Shown in pieces: positions 43,638-57,978 of a DNA stretch of 64,000 nucleotides; the stretch's first letter is position 1, and the number at the start of each line of letters is the position of its first letter. The stretch is from Eledone cirrhosa (taxonomy: Eukaryota), in the NCBI GenBank assembly GCA_964016885.1, contig OZ024751.1, forward strand, positions 24,056,001 to 24,120,000, written 5' to 3'. The notes below the pieces were generated by a model. It did not search any database and was not told where the DNA came from. It saw only the letters and a list, made by a program, of their open reading frames with translations. Both the position numbers and the translations under genes were made by a program.

Positions 43638-45500
43638 ATGACCTCACTCAGAATAGGCAGCATAAATGCGCGTGGGTTGGGGTCGTCATGGAAGCAGGGC
43701 CACCTGCTCAACGACCTCAGGTCACTAAACATAGATGTAGTGGCCATCAGCAAGACCAGAATCTCAGAAGCATGGGCCATCGCACCGATCTTCGGCGGCT
43801 ACGATGTGTACGCATCTCCCAGCCGTCCTGGATCGGGGGGAGGAGTTGCTGTGCTTTTTCGGAGAGGTTTGGATCTCGCCATACGGGCCATCCTCCTGGA
43901 CCCAGAAGGTGAGTTGGTGGTGCTGGACGTGACCAGTGGAGACGGGCAAGCTTTCAGGCTAGTGCCCGTCTATGCTCCGACAGGAGCAGGGCGGCCTGAT
44001 TTCTTCCGGCGTCTGGAGACCTTCCTTGGAACGTCGCGCTCTTTAGTGTTAGTGGGCGACTGGAACGGGATCTTAGATGCACGCTGGAACTGTGTGGGAT
44101 TAGCGGATAGGGGAGGAGGGTGCAAGAGCCTCACCAACCTGCTTAGACGTTTTGAACTGTCTGACAGGTACTGATTGGATTTCCTGAATGTGCCAATGTG
44201 GGCTTGGACAAACCGCATAGGGTCATCCAGATCATATCTAGATAGAGTATTTAGGGAAATAGATAGGTCTAGCATAGGCTGTCTACAATTCAAGATATTC
44301 AGCTACACGGACCACAAATTCGTGATCTGTGTGCTTGACTTAGCTAGGCTCCATAGACGAGGACGCGGCTACTGGAAGCTAAACGCGTCCTTACCACGCG
44401 CAAGGCCTACAGAGACCGGATTAGCGAACTAGTTAAGCGGGCGTTGACGGGGGCCATCGTCAACAACAAGTGGTGGTTTGCTCTGAAAAGAGCGATTAGA
44501 ATAGAGTCCATTAGGTTTAGTAAGGCTTTAGCAATAGAGAAAAATAGAGCAGAGGGAGAACTAGTTAGAAAATTAGACGAGGCGCTTAGCAAAGGCATCG
44601 CGACCGACGTACTTGCGGCGAAATTGGCCCTTGACCAATTCTTCAATGCAAAGCACGAAGGCTGCGTTGACATAACTAGGGTGCGTGCTCTCAGACAGGA
44701 GGGGACGAAAGCCGTTCAATGGGCCCGAGTGGCGGAGGCGCGTCGTACCAACAAAGCCACGATCCGGTCTTTGGTGGACCACGACGGGCGCATGCTACTC
44801 GATCCCGGGCAAATGTGTGAGGCTTTTCATCGATACTTCGCTCAGCTGTTCGGGGGCAGCGGCGGGCCGGCTCGAGGTATGGACTTAGTGTCTACCTCGA
44901 CGGACTGTCGCGGCTCTCGGCCACTGAGGCGGAGTGTTGCGAAAAGCCGATAACAGCCGCTGAAGTACGGGAGGCAATGACTGGCTGCACAAGGGGTAAA
45001 TCGCCTGGTTTGGATGGTTTGCCCTATGAACTTTACGTACAGATGCCAGACTTATTCAGTTGCCTCTTGTCGGACGTCTACTGCAACTGGCAACAGAACG
45101 GGAGAATTCCCAGCTCTGTGAGCCGAGGAGCGGTGGCACTGCTGAGAAAGGATCCGAACAAGGGGGATAACATAGATAATTTCAGGCCCATAACCCTGCT
45201 AAACACAGAGTTCAAGCTATCAGCTGAGTCCATCGTGAGGATGCCCCGCCCTCTTCCTTTAGCCGAGAAGGGCAGGCAGTTTTTATCTGTCTTGTGGCCA
45301 TGGCGAAAGAGATAGTATGGTGGACACGTTTCAAAGGGCTGAAGACGAGCACTTACCTCTTCGGTGATGGCCTGATTAACTTTTTCAAATTTCATTTGGG
45401 TAGAGAGGGAAGTGCTCTTTTCCCAGTATTTTGTTGAAAGATGGGTGTGAGAGGCAAGAATGGCCCGAGTGAATGGGCCTACTCTGAGTATGTGTCTGTA
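43638..45500 (+). pseudogene. Disrupted ORF2 of a Tx1/L1-clade LINE (APE endonuclease plus start of RT, internally deleted)
   Basis: Motifs SINARGL, VYAP, LVGDWN, SYLDR, TDHK, GYWKLNASL, GKSPGLDGLPYELY and NFRPITLLNTEFK. Stops and frameshifts are present, and the sequence jumps to the C-terminus at ~45215. Confidence 0.88.
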
Positions 45501-46052
45501 AATTAAAGGTGGAAAACTGGAAGAGGGCACTTGCCCTGGTGGTCAGGGTCACTGTGGCTTTTTAATGGGCTTTCTCCACGAATGTCCCTCGGAAGTCTCC
45601 CCCGTATTGGGGAATTTTTCATTGTTATTTTTTGTTACATCCTCTGTTTTTTTTTACACGCAGAAATGCCCATTTGTACCGTCCTGTATTGTCCTGTACT
45701 ATCCTTAATGTCTACTTTATGTAAACTCTTGTGGTTAATAAAGAAAGTATTATTATTATTATTACTATATATCTGTAAACTAAAGGTGGAAAACTGGGAG
45801 AGGGCACTTGCCTTGGTGGTCAGGGTCATTGTGGCTTTTTACTGGGCTTTCTCCACAAATGTCCCTCCGAAGTCTCCCCCCTATTGGGGAATTTTCCATT
45901 GTTATTTTTTGTTACATCCTCTGTTTTTGTTTTTTACACGCAGAAATGCCCATTTGTACCGTCCTGCATTGTCCTGCACTGTCCTTAATGTCTACTTTAT
46001 GTAAACCCTTGTGGTTAATAAAGAAATCATTATTATTATTACTATTATTATT
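45494..46052 (+). repeat. Tandem duplication of the LINE 3' UTR (2 x ~278 bp)
   Basis: 45494-45765 and 45772-46052 are near-identical, each ending AATAAAGAAA followed by (TTA)n. Confidence 0.9.
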
Positions 46053-46054
46053 AT

Positions 46055-46272
46055 TCGGTGGAGTGGCAGTATCGGTAGAGGGTCGGATCCCAAGCTTTGC
46101 AGCATATGCTCTGAGTTCAAATCCCGCCGAGGTTAACTTTGCCATTCATTCTTACGAGCTCGATAAAATAAAGTACCAGTAACGTACTGGGGTCGATTTA
46201 ATTGGCGATTTAATTGGCTTTCCCCTCTCCCAAAGTTGCTGGCCTTATACATAAAGTAGAAACAATTATTAT
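46055..46272 (+). mobile_element. SINE copy
   Basis: TGGCAGTATCGGTAGAG head, GAGTTCAAATCC, central domain and TAGAAACAATTATT end. Confidence 0.85.
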
Positions 46273-46619
46273 TGGTTGTTGTTGGTGTTGTTGTTTTTAT
46301 TGACCGTTGAATGATATATACGTGATTATTTCGCTCGGAGACACGTCATGAATTTTTAGATATTTTAGGTTATTTTGAGATACTCAAGCATTTTTTTTAT
46401 CGTTTCTCTAGAAGGCAAAAGCCCGCAAGACATTGGTCGCCGATTTCTATTCCTGCCCCTATTGACAGAAATTCCTGAAAAGTAATCCATTTCTTTTCTT
46501 TAAACAACACAAAACATGGCGCCAAAAGAAAAACTCTCTTGCACTCAGTCGTGGTATACAACAGTAGCAACACTACACAAGCAAACGATGTCGTCACCAC
46601 CACCTCACAACAAGAAGCA

Positions 46620-46766
46620 GTAACAGTAACAGTAACAGCAACAGCAACAACAGCTGCTACTACTACTACTACCACTACCACTACTACTACTCCTACTACC
46701 ACCACCACTACTACTACTACCACTACCACTACCACAACTACCACTACCACTACCACTACCACTACC

Positions 46767-46850
<84 letters not shown>

Positions 46851-46920
46851 GCTACTACTGCTACTACTAATACCACAACCACCACCACTTCAGACGCAAC
46901 AGCAGCAACAGTGACAGCAA
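46620..46920. repeat. (ACT/ACC)n and (ACA/GCA)n trinucleotide tract
   Basis: Directly visible. Confidence 0.9.
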
Positions 46921-48179
46921 TAACAAAAAACAAAGACAACAGCGGGAGCTATGTCATGGAGGGGGAAGCAGATGATTAGTTCAAGTCTAAAACGCCTGGG
47001 AATAGATGCGGGCATTTAAAATACATTGTTGGAGGCAAACAATACGAACAGTTGATGTGATGTTGGACCAAGGAAGCCAAATCACACTCTTTAACACCAA
47101 GAGCGAGTAATTTATTGTAGTGCCATACAACTCTTCTTCTTCTTCTTCTTCTTCTTCTCCCCTCCTCCCCCTCCTCTTTATCCTTCTTCTTCTTTCCCTA
47201 CTTACTCCTGGGAGGATCCTGGGAATGTCCTGGGGAGCAGAATCCTTAAATGCCCCCCCCCCCCCAGCTGCTCCTGTCAGAAGTAACTATTACCTGTTTT
47301 TTTTACCGTTTTTTAAATATGTTCTACTAAATTAATGCAGAAACTTCTCCTGTTGCTGGAAAGAACTTTCCAGTACAATGTCATATGTTACACTAAATAT
47401 ACATTCAAATGTATTCAGTTCAACTAAATTTCCCACTATCACTATCACTGTAATTGTATATTCCTTAATTGTGTTTTGCTATTTTCTATACATCAAATTT
47501 CTTTTTAGATTGTTTAAACTTTAAACATACTCTTCCTCCAAATTACGCAAATACAATAAATCTGTTTCTCAAACTATCTATAATTTCTTTAATTTCAATT
47601 CGCCTGAGAATTATGGTTCTGTAAATTATGTATTCAATGTTAAAGATGAAAAGCTAGAATTATTTTTCTAATGCATTATATAACCAGAAGATTTATCGTA
47701 GACTTCGTGCATACTATATATATCTGCAATATTGCACGCATGGATGTTTCCTGAATTTATGAAGGTGTCGTGACATAAGACGTCTCTTGGGCATTTCAAC
47801 GTGGTGGATTCCTTCCATCTCCAGACCTGAGTACGGTGGATTTCTTTTAGAAACAAAGAGACAGCGAGGAAGAGAGATGAATGAAGAATCGTCCCCATTA
47901 TTGAACTGAAATTATATTTATTAATGAAAGGAAAAGTTAACATCTGAGGCAGTTCAACTAAAATCTGAAAGGGACGTAACAATCTATTCAACGATCACCG
48001 CCATCATACATTTTATGTTGCCACAATAATTATTTTCATCAAGTGTACTCCCAAAACAAATCAACCACATTCATATGAATTTTAAACCATTTATAAAGTT
48101 TGCAATATTCATATATTGGTGTCATTTGCATATTCCAAGATATTTGCATGCTTTCATGGTCCCGTAACTGCTAAGCAAT

Positions 48180-48468
48180 GTGTAGGGTCACCGTATTAAC
48201 ATACATCGTTTCTAGGGCATTTTAAAACGTAGCAAACCCCACTCCTTCTCCAGAAGGATAGAGAGAGAGAGAGAGAATGACATTGAGAAAGAGATATAGA
48301 AGAAGAATCTACCGGTTAGTTGACTGGTCATTTTTTTATCGACCTTGACTGGTTGAAAGACACAGTTCACCTCGACAGGATTTGAACTCAGAGAGCAGAA
48401 AGCCAAGACCGAATGCAGCTAAGTATTCTATCCGACGTTCTAACGAATCTGCCAATTCGCTACCTCTA
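48180..48468 (-). mobile_element. SINE, long-tail subfamily
   Basis: Reverse complement of the 4434-4760 type. Confidence 0.75.
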
Positions 48469-48800
48469 AGATATTTGATCAAAATCAACCATTCGATTTA
48501 TTTGCATGCAGTCCACCCATTTTCTATTGGGAGTGTGATGTATTTTAATGATTCATTTTTATCCCAACTTTTCAGTGGTTATTTTCACAAAGATATCAGC
48601 TGTCAGCTTTTCCTCATCGAGAAATATCTTACACTTGAAAATATTAACCCTGATGCAACCTGGTAGGATCAAGCATCAAACCATGATGTAAATTTGTTGT
48701 CATATTTCTATGTTATTTGTCACATCTCATATGTTGAAAGGATTTCATATAATAACTTTCGGTTGGATCAGCCGACCTTATCCTATATACACGGTCGATA

Positions 48801-48832
<32 letters not shown>

Positions 48833-49745
48833 CTTTGTTCAACATAAGAATAGAAAAAGTATTGAATTATATAGTAGTTGTTCAATATTTCCTATTATTG
48901 CGAACATTCACCAACCTAGCAGAACACGTTCAAAACGTGGATATTGATTATGAAAAGCAATATCTGATGGTTTGAAGTGAAACTGTTCACACGTTAAACA
49001 AATTTCCATCGCAGATCAAAATTTTTGGTAGTTTTTTAACACCTTACCCCGAACACATATGCATCAGGTAGGTTGAATTCCGAAAAGATAATATTGTATA
49101 TTGATGTTGATGATGTTGTGAGGGGTTAAAGACAGAAATGAGATATTTGTAAAAGCTCTATATGTATGTAGCGCTCGTATTTATTTCAGAATTCAAAGGA
49201 AATATGTTCTGTTACATTATGCTGTTCATTAATGCATTGATTCAGAAGCTAGTAAATCACAAATCGTTTTCAAAGGGTTTCAAGGTCACCTGCTCTATTA
49301 TATATTTGAACCACTGAACCAATATAATATGAGTTGATAATTCGAAAGGATATTTTCCAATGGAGAAGTTTCCACTCAACAAAATACTCACAAATTGTGT
49401 GACACAGTGGATAACCGGATTACATAGAACAGCGAACAAAATGGCATCCAATATTTAGTAACACCATTATACATTCTAAGTTCACATGTTGCAGAGTTAC
49501 AGTTCGTCTTTCATAATACTTCGTCAATAAATACCATTACCAGTCAACTATAATTCCAGATTATCCACTGTCCACATTTCAGCTAAAGTGGTCTTGAATA
49601 TATATACATATATTTATATATATATACATAATTATATATATATATTTAAAGCGATGAAATGCCTATGATGGTTGGAAGATCACTGATGAAGGACAAGCTT
49701 TTTTCATATGTAACCCATTTGCAACTCCGCAGCGCCCTTATTATT

Positions 49746-49975
49746 ATATTTATATATTCGTCGATCGACTTTCGTCAAATCGGACCGAGGAAACAATGTT
49801 TCCATCGGTCTTTCCAGTTGCTAGTACTATATATCGGTCGCAACTCCAGGTAGAAGGAGCAACGTGAAATAAAATGTCTTGCTCAAGGACATAACGCATC
49901 GACCGGTCCAGGACTCGAACTCACAACCTCAAGATTGGGAATCCAATTCTCTAACCACTCAGCCACACGCCTTCA
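49746..49975 (-). mobile_element. Second tRNA-derived SINE family, single copy
   Basis: The minus strand has a box A/box B head (GTGGCTGAGTGG...GTTCGAGTCC), then CCTTGAGCAAGACA. The body equals the 151-bp unit at 56575-57326. Confidence 0.8.
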
Positions 49976-50021
49976 CTAATTTATATATATATACATAATT
50001 ATATATATATATATATATATA

Positions 50022-50643
50022 TGAACAAGTATGACCCGAGGGCAAAGTTCAAGCCGTTTCGACGGCTATTTCTGGACTAAATAAGAATTTTTAGCCTGGT
50101 AAATAAATAACTGAACTTCTCAGGGGGTATTTCCTTATTTGGGAAGATAGGAATTGTCGAGAGGATTGGTGAAAAGTTTGTTGTAAAGACAGATGAATGT
50201 ATCATGGCATTTTGGTAGGAGGTAGGGGTGGCTGAACTTGCCGGTAGAACAAAGAGGGAGTGGGGGAAACCCAGTCAAGCGTTGTATAGATTTCACTTTC
50301 AACGCTTGACTGGGTTTCCCCCACTCCCTCTTTGTTCTACCGGCAAGTTTAGCCACCCCTACCTCCCACCAAATGCCATGATACATTCATCTGTCTTTAC
50401 AACAAACTTTTGACCAATCCTCTCGACAATTCCTATCTTCCCAAATAAGGAAATACCCCCTGAGAAGTTCGGCTATTTATCTACCAGGCTAAAAATTCCT
50501 ATTTAGTTCAGAAATAGTCGTCGAAACGGCTTGAGCTCTGCCGTCGAAGTCATACTTGTTCCTATTACCCACTCTACTACCCTAAGTATTGAGTACTTTG
50601 GTGCGTTATGGTCCATCTAGTTCCTTACCACAATTCCTTCGTT
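50022..50643 (+). mobile_element. Longest family A insertion: ~260-bp inverted arms plus tail; complete hammerhead-like fold at ~50453-50553
   Basis: Arms 50022-50284 and 50300-50563. ATACCCC-CTGAGAA-G..CGGCTATTT...AAATAGTCG.C-GAAA-CGGC...GCCG-TC. Confidence 0.85.
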
Positions 50644-50972
50644 ATATATATATTAAAAAAAAAAAAAATTTCCCTACTATACATCTGTTGAATTACTATT
50701 GTTGGGGTTTTTATTTATTTTTTTTTATTTGTTCATTTATCTATTTATTCATTTATTTATTTATTTATTTATTTACTTATTTATTTACTTACTTTTACTT
50801 TTTCTTCTTCTTTTCCTTTTATTTTACAAAAGCACCCTGGCTAATTGACCACTCCCCAAAGAAAAAAACGGTCTGTGCCTTGTTGTGGTCCTGTGTATCA
50901 CCCCCCCCCCCACCACCACCACCACCCCTGCCTTACCTAAATGTATAAATACCAGAACTTAATATGACACCC

Positions 50973-51023
50973 AGCTTCCTGAAGATTTCATCTGAATGAA
51001 ACAGTACTAGTCCTGTAGAAGCT
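50973..51023 (+). ncRNA. Type I hammerhead ribozyme, family E
   Basis: AGCTTC-CTGAAGA-tTTC(atct)GAAt-GAA-ACAG(tactagtc)CTGT-A-GAAGCT, with a GUA site. Confidence 0.85.
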
Positions 51024-51038
51024 CCTTCTATACAATAA

Positions 51039-51119
<81 letters not shown>

Positions 51120-51214
51120 TACATACATATATATATATATAGGGGGTATATACATACATATATGTGACTCTCTGCTATATATATATATGTATGCGTGCGC
51201 GTGATGTTTATGCG

Positions 51215-51308
<94 letters not shown>

Positions 51309-51312
<4 letters not shown>

Positions 51313-51872
51313 CGGACAAGTAAACATTAAACAATCTTTTAAATAAATTAAAATACGATTTAAATATTTACCTCTTCTAGAGCCATGACCGACGGTTTCG
51401 CTTGTCAAAAGATTGGAAATTCAGAGAATTTCCAATGGAAAGATATAGCTCTTCAGATAGCTTTTCCAAATCTACTAGACTTAAGTCCGTATAGATGTAG
51501 ATATATCACCCTCTGCCCAGTGAATGAATCAAGCCGTTAAAATGACCCACACACTTATTGGACCGTCAGAAAAAGCGGGAATTATAGACACGCTGATATT
51601 TCATGCTGCTATAAATAGCAGCATGATACAGCATTTTTTCTCTACATTAAGGAGAATTAGATAAATGATATAGATATCCCAGTAGGTACTAGGTACCCAC
51701 GGAAATATATATGGTGTCTATAATAGTAGTTGTTCTATGGTACTAATTTTAGATACCAGAACTGTAAATATGAGCGGAACAAGTAAACATTAAACAATCT
51801 TTTAAATAAATTTAAATACGATTTAAATATTTACCTCTTCTAGTGCTATGACGGACGGTTTCGCTTATCAAA

Positions 51873-51875
<3 letters not shown>
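51309..51875 (-). mobile_element. Family I: ~462-bp unit with ~105-bp direct terminal repeat, retrozyme/pLTR-like
   Basis: 51309-51412 is repeated at 51771-51875, and the element is flanked by (TA)n. Confidence 0.8.
51381..51462 (-). ncRNA. Type I hammerhead ribozyme, family I
   Basis: AGCTAT-CTGAAGA-GCT...AGC-GAAA-CCGTCGG-TC-ATGGCT, with a GUC site. Confidence 0.8.
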
Positions 51876-52394
<519 letters not shown>

Positions 52395-52397
52395 ATA

Positions 52398-52553
52398 TAA
52401 CGTAGGAGTTGTGGTAAGGAAGCAGATAGACCATAACGCACCAGAGTACTCAATACTTAGCGTAGTAGAATGGGTAAATAGGAAAAAGTATGACCCCTAT
52501 ACAGAAATAGACGTTGAAACGGCTTGAGCTCTGCTGTCGGGCTCATACTTTCT

Positions 52554-52556
<3 letters not shown>
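52398..52556 (-). mobile_element. Family A element with inverted arm
   Basis: Main copy 52398-52497 and inverted arm 52502-52556. Confidence 0.82.
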
Positions 52557-52604
<48 letters not shown>

Positions 52605-52656
52605 TTAATATAGAAATGGCTTCTACAAGATACACATATCTATATATCTATCTATC

Positions 52657-52811
<155 letters not shown>

Positions 52812-53131
52812 CAAAGATAGCCCAGAGACAATGAAATTGCAGTTGAAATGTTGCATGTATATAAATATATAAATGTACGTAGCGTAGAATGTAATACCGT
52901 CTAACGCCATGAACAAAAAATGATATATGTATATTATAAATATATAAAAGAAATACATCATAAATATTCATTTAATCTCTGAGAAGCATTCATTGGTAAT
53001 CTATAATTAGGTATAGTACAATATATTATACGATATTGGAATTATTTTGTGTGAATAAACGATTAACTTCAGCATATATACATAGATAAAGGCACGCTCG
53101 CACATGTGATAAATATGTATATGTGTGGAGG

Positions 53132-53174
<43 letters not shown>

Positions 53175-53505
53175 TCTGAAGACGGCGTATATATGAGTTA
53201 GGTATGTATATTTAATCTTGATAATTTGTATAATTTTGTATAATTTTGTACATAGATCTGTTAAATATGCATACCAATTATAACACATATATACCCTAGA
53301 AACGATCGTTAAATAGTGAACTTTTTTTGTTTAATATAAGGAATTGTTTGTTCATTATTTGTTTAATATTTTATCTTGACTCTGTATACCGTTTATCTTT
53401 CACCGAAATTGGATTTTCATTACATCTCTTCTTTCCATGATATCCGGAATACATTGAGTTCTTCATACGGATTGGACACTACCGTAAACTCTTGGTAGAT
53501 TTATC

Positions 53506-53582
<77 letters not shown>

Positions 53583-53583
<1 letters not shown>

Positions 53584-53782
53584 TAGTTTTAATATAGATG
53601 AGATTCTACAGGACTAGAACTGTTTCATTCATTAGAAATCATCAGTTAGAGATTCCTGATGATTTCTAATGAATGAAACAGTTCTAGTCCTGTAGAATCT
53701 CATCTATATTAAAACTTTTATGCTCTGCTATGTATTGAGTACCTTACTTACTGTGGTTACCTCCGATTCAACCCGGAATAAC
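53583..53782 (+). mobile_element. Family E element: inverted arm plus main copy plus tail
   Basis: Perfect arms 53585-53645 and 53656-53716, with the tail running to (TA)n. Confidence 0.85.
53649..53701 (+). ncRNA. Type I hammerhead ribozyme, family E
   Basis: GAGATTC-CTGATGA-tTTC(taat)GAAt-GAA-ACAG(ttctagtc)CTGT-A-GAATCTC. Confidence 0.88.
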
Positions 53783-53783
53783 G

Positions 53784-53815
<32 letters not shown>

Positions 53816-54260
53816 CATATATACATATATGGACATTTATACACAAATGTGGACATTAATTTAAGAAGTGAATACTGCATATACTTATATCTGAAAAGTT
53901 TACAAAAGTATAACTATTAATATTCTATCATAATATAATAATAGCCAAGCGAATGAGATTATTATATGAAATAAAATTTAGATTATATACCATAAATCAA
54001 ACACACACGCACAAGCACACACACACACACATATATATTATTGTATGTGTATACATATGCCCGTGTGTGTGTATATGTGTGAGTATATGTATATGTGTAT
54101 GTGTGTGTGTGTGTGTGATAATTTGCATATATATATATATATACAATTTTTGATATTACAGAGATATTATTTTGTCAGAACAGCGTAAGTACTGTAAAGA
54201 GTAGATTAGACATTATATGTAATTGTATATGCATACATACATATATATATACACATACTC

Positions 54261-54297
<37 letters not shown>

Positions 54298-54316
54298 TAT
54301 ATATGTTGCAGACACG

Positions 54317-54396
<80 letters not shown>

Positions 54397-54399
54397 ATA

Positions 54400-54538
54400 T
54401 AACGAAGGAGTTGTGGTAAGGAACCAGATGGACCATAACGCACCAGAGTACTCAATACTTAGGGTAGTAATTCTGGACTAGTCCAGAAATAGACGTCGAA
54501 ACGGCTTGAGCTCTGCCGTCGGGGTAATACATTTTCCT
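54400..54538 (-). mobile_element. Family A element with inverted arm
   Basis: Tail 54400-54468, hairpin TTCTGGACTAGTCCAGAA, inverted arm to 54538. Confidence 0.82.
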
Positions 54539-54576
54539 ATATATATATATATATATTCAGACATAAATATATATAC

Positions 54577-54652
<76 letters not shown>

Positions 54653-54718
54653 GTATATCTATTTGTGTGTGAATATATATATATATATATATATAAACGT
54701 ATATCTATTTGTGTATGA

Positions 54719-54841
<123 letters not shown>

Positions 54842-55165
54842 GGAATCGAATTGTTGTCATTATCTTTCACAGACACAAATTTCTGCGCACATAAAACAAT
54901 AAATTACATACTATCCAATAGGATATCTTATAATATATGTGTGTATATGCGTGCGTATATATATATATATATATGCTTGTATATATATGTATCTCTGTGT
55001 GCGTGTGTTCATGTGTGTTCGTGTGTGTCTGTGTCTGTGTGTTTGTCTTTGTCGGTGTATGCGAGTGGACATAAAGACAATAAATCGAAGTCAGATATGA
55101 TTTTCGAACAACTCCATGTTTGCCGTGGTTGTTTCTACGCATCTCCCTTGCGCATCCTATATATT

Positions 55166-55214
<49 letters not shown>

Positions 55215-55282
55215 AGAAAACATGCTGACTACAATTATAACAGGAGGAAGGTAAAGTTCTGCTGTAGTATATATATATATAA

Positions 55283-55345
<63 letters not shown>

Positions 55346-55386
55346 CGAAACATAAGTCAATTGCATGAACTCATAATCCTTTATTT

Positions 55387-55442
55387 ACTGCTATATATAT
55401 TTCGATGATACCCATTGAATGGCTAAGACCTCATCAGGCAGT
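55387..55442 (-). ncRNA. Minimal type I hammerhead, family D (insertion ~55341-55505)
   Basis: ACTGC-CTGATGA-GGT...ATC-GAAA-TATATA-TA-GCAGT. Confidence 0.82.
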
Positions 55443-55502
55443 TAGTCAGTTCTTAGATATGCCAGCTCTGTGTTTATAGTATTGATGGTATCATACCCTT
55501 GG

Positions 55503-55584
<82 letters not shown>

Positions 55585-55606
55585 TATATATATAAATATA
55601 TATATA

Positions 55607-56327
<721 letters not shown>

Positions 56328-56352
56328 TATATATATATATATATATATACAT

Positions 56353-56388
<36 letters not shown>

Positions 56389-56511
56389 TTAAATATGTAG
56401 GTTTTCGAAATTTGTAATTCACCTTAAACGTATGGCTTGACATTACTCGTTATTTTCGAATGTTTTTTCAAAATAAATAAGAATTTGGTGGGATTTAGTA
56501 ATATATCAGTG

Positions 56512-57326
56512 TCGGTGTGTGGTTGATTAGTTATAGAACTGGATTCGCAATCATGAGGTCGTCAATTCGATTCTGGACTGGGTGATACGTTATGTCCTTA
56601 AGCAAGACACATTATTTCGCGTTGCTCCTTCTACCTGGAGTTGCGACCGATATATAGTATTAGCAATTGGAAAGACCAATGGAAATATTGTTTCCTCGGT
56701 CCCATTTGACGAAAGTCGATCGACCGGACCGGGTGATGCGTTATGTTCTTGAGCAAGACACTTTATTTCACGTTGCTCCTTCTACCTGGAGTTGCGACCG
56801 ATAGATAGTATTAGCAATTGGAAAGACCAATGGAAATATTGTTTCCTCGGTCCCATTTGACGAAAGTCGATCGACCGGACCGGGTGATGCGTTATGTTCT
56901 TGAGCAAGACACTTTATTTCACGTTGCTCCTTCTACCTGGAGTTGCGACCGATAGATAGTATTAGCAATTGGAAAGACCAATGGAAATATTGTTTCCTCG
57001 GTCCCATTTGACGAAAGTCGATCGACCGGACCGGGTGATGCGTTATGTTCTTGAGCAAGACACTTTATTTCACGTTGCTCCTTCTACCTGGAGTTGCGAC
57101 CGATAGATAGTATTAGCAATTGGAAAGACCAATGGAAATATTGTTTCCTCGGTCCCATTTGACGAAAGTCGATCGACCGGACCGGGTGATGCGTTATGTT
57201 CTTGAGCAAGACACTTTATTTCACGTTGCTCCTTCTACCTGGAGTTGCGACCGATAGAGAGTATTAGCAATTGGAAAGACCAATGGAAATATTGTTTCCT
57301 CGGTCCGATTTGACGAAAGTCGATCG
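56512..57326 (+). repeat. SINE head followed by 5 tandem copies of its 151-bp body
   Basis: tRNA-like head at 56512-56575. Period 151 (CGACCGGACC at 56721, 56872, 57023 and 57174). Confidence 0.9.
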
Positions 57327-57409
57327 TTCCTTTTAGTAATATATTCAACGTCCTCGTTTAGCCGATGTTTAGGGCTTAATGTAATACAGAAATTATTATT
57401 ATTATCATG

Positions 57410-57660
57410 AGCATTCCTAACGCTTTTGTTCTGGCAGATGTTATTCTGACACTATGAACTTCTAAATGTACTTTCTAAACCCTCCTTAGAATCCTTACTG
57501 TTCCTAGCATGGCTATTTTCTGTAGCAATTCCATCCCGATGATAATTGGTAGCTTCTCAAGCCACGCATTCAACCTTTTACTAATTGCTTCCAGTGTACC
57601 AAACACAGCCGATAGCACTTCTACGTGCCTGATTCTCCCTAGCAGCACCATAACTACGTG
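57410..57660 (-). mobile_element. 3' end of an R4/Dong-like RLE non-LTR retrotransposon in (TAA)n
   Basis: V..VFGTLEAISKRLNAWLEKL...LLQKIAMLGTVRILRRV* C-terminal pattern, with TAA repeats on both sides. Confidence 0.7.
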
Positions 57661-57674
57661 TCTTATTATTATCA

Positions 57675-57705
<31 letters not shown>

Positions 57706-57758
57706 AAGTACCAGCAATGCACTGTGTAATTGCTGGCCTTGTGCCTAAAGTAGAAACA

Positions 57759-57797
<39 letters not shown>

Positions 57798-57978
57798 GTT
57801 CTTTGAGTCTCAGTCATTGATGTTATTTAACTGGAAAGTTTGTTGAAATGAATATCAAGCCACTACCTGCAGCCTCAGATATTCAGGACGTATCGGAGGG
57901 TTCTTGCTGTTCCCAGCAAGCATGTCCTTTGAAGTGTTCCAAAAAGCGGGTCTGGACTAATTTTCTTTAACCATCCAA
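57798..57978 (-). mobile_element. Second R4/Dong-like 3' end in (TAA)n
   Basis: GWLKKI...TLQRTCLLGTARTLRYVLNI*. Confidence 0.7.

Noticed and set aside
46539-46979. Poly-Thr mucin-like ORF (and poly-Val on the reverse strand)
   Set aside because: Trinucleotide repeat with a non-ATG start, no signal peptide and no supporting exons.
49890-49975. tRNA gene
   Set aside because: Box A/B are present, but the sequence continues into a SINE body and has no proper cloverleaf.
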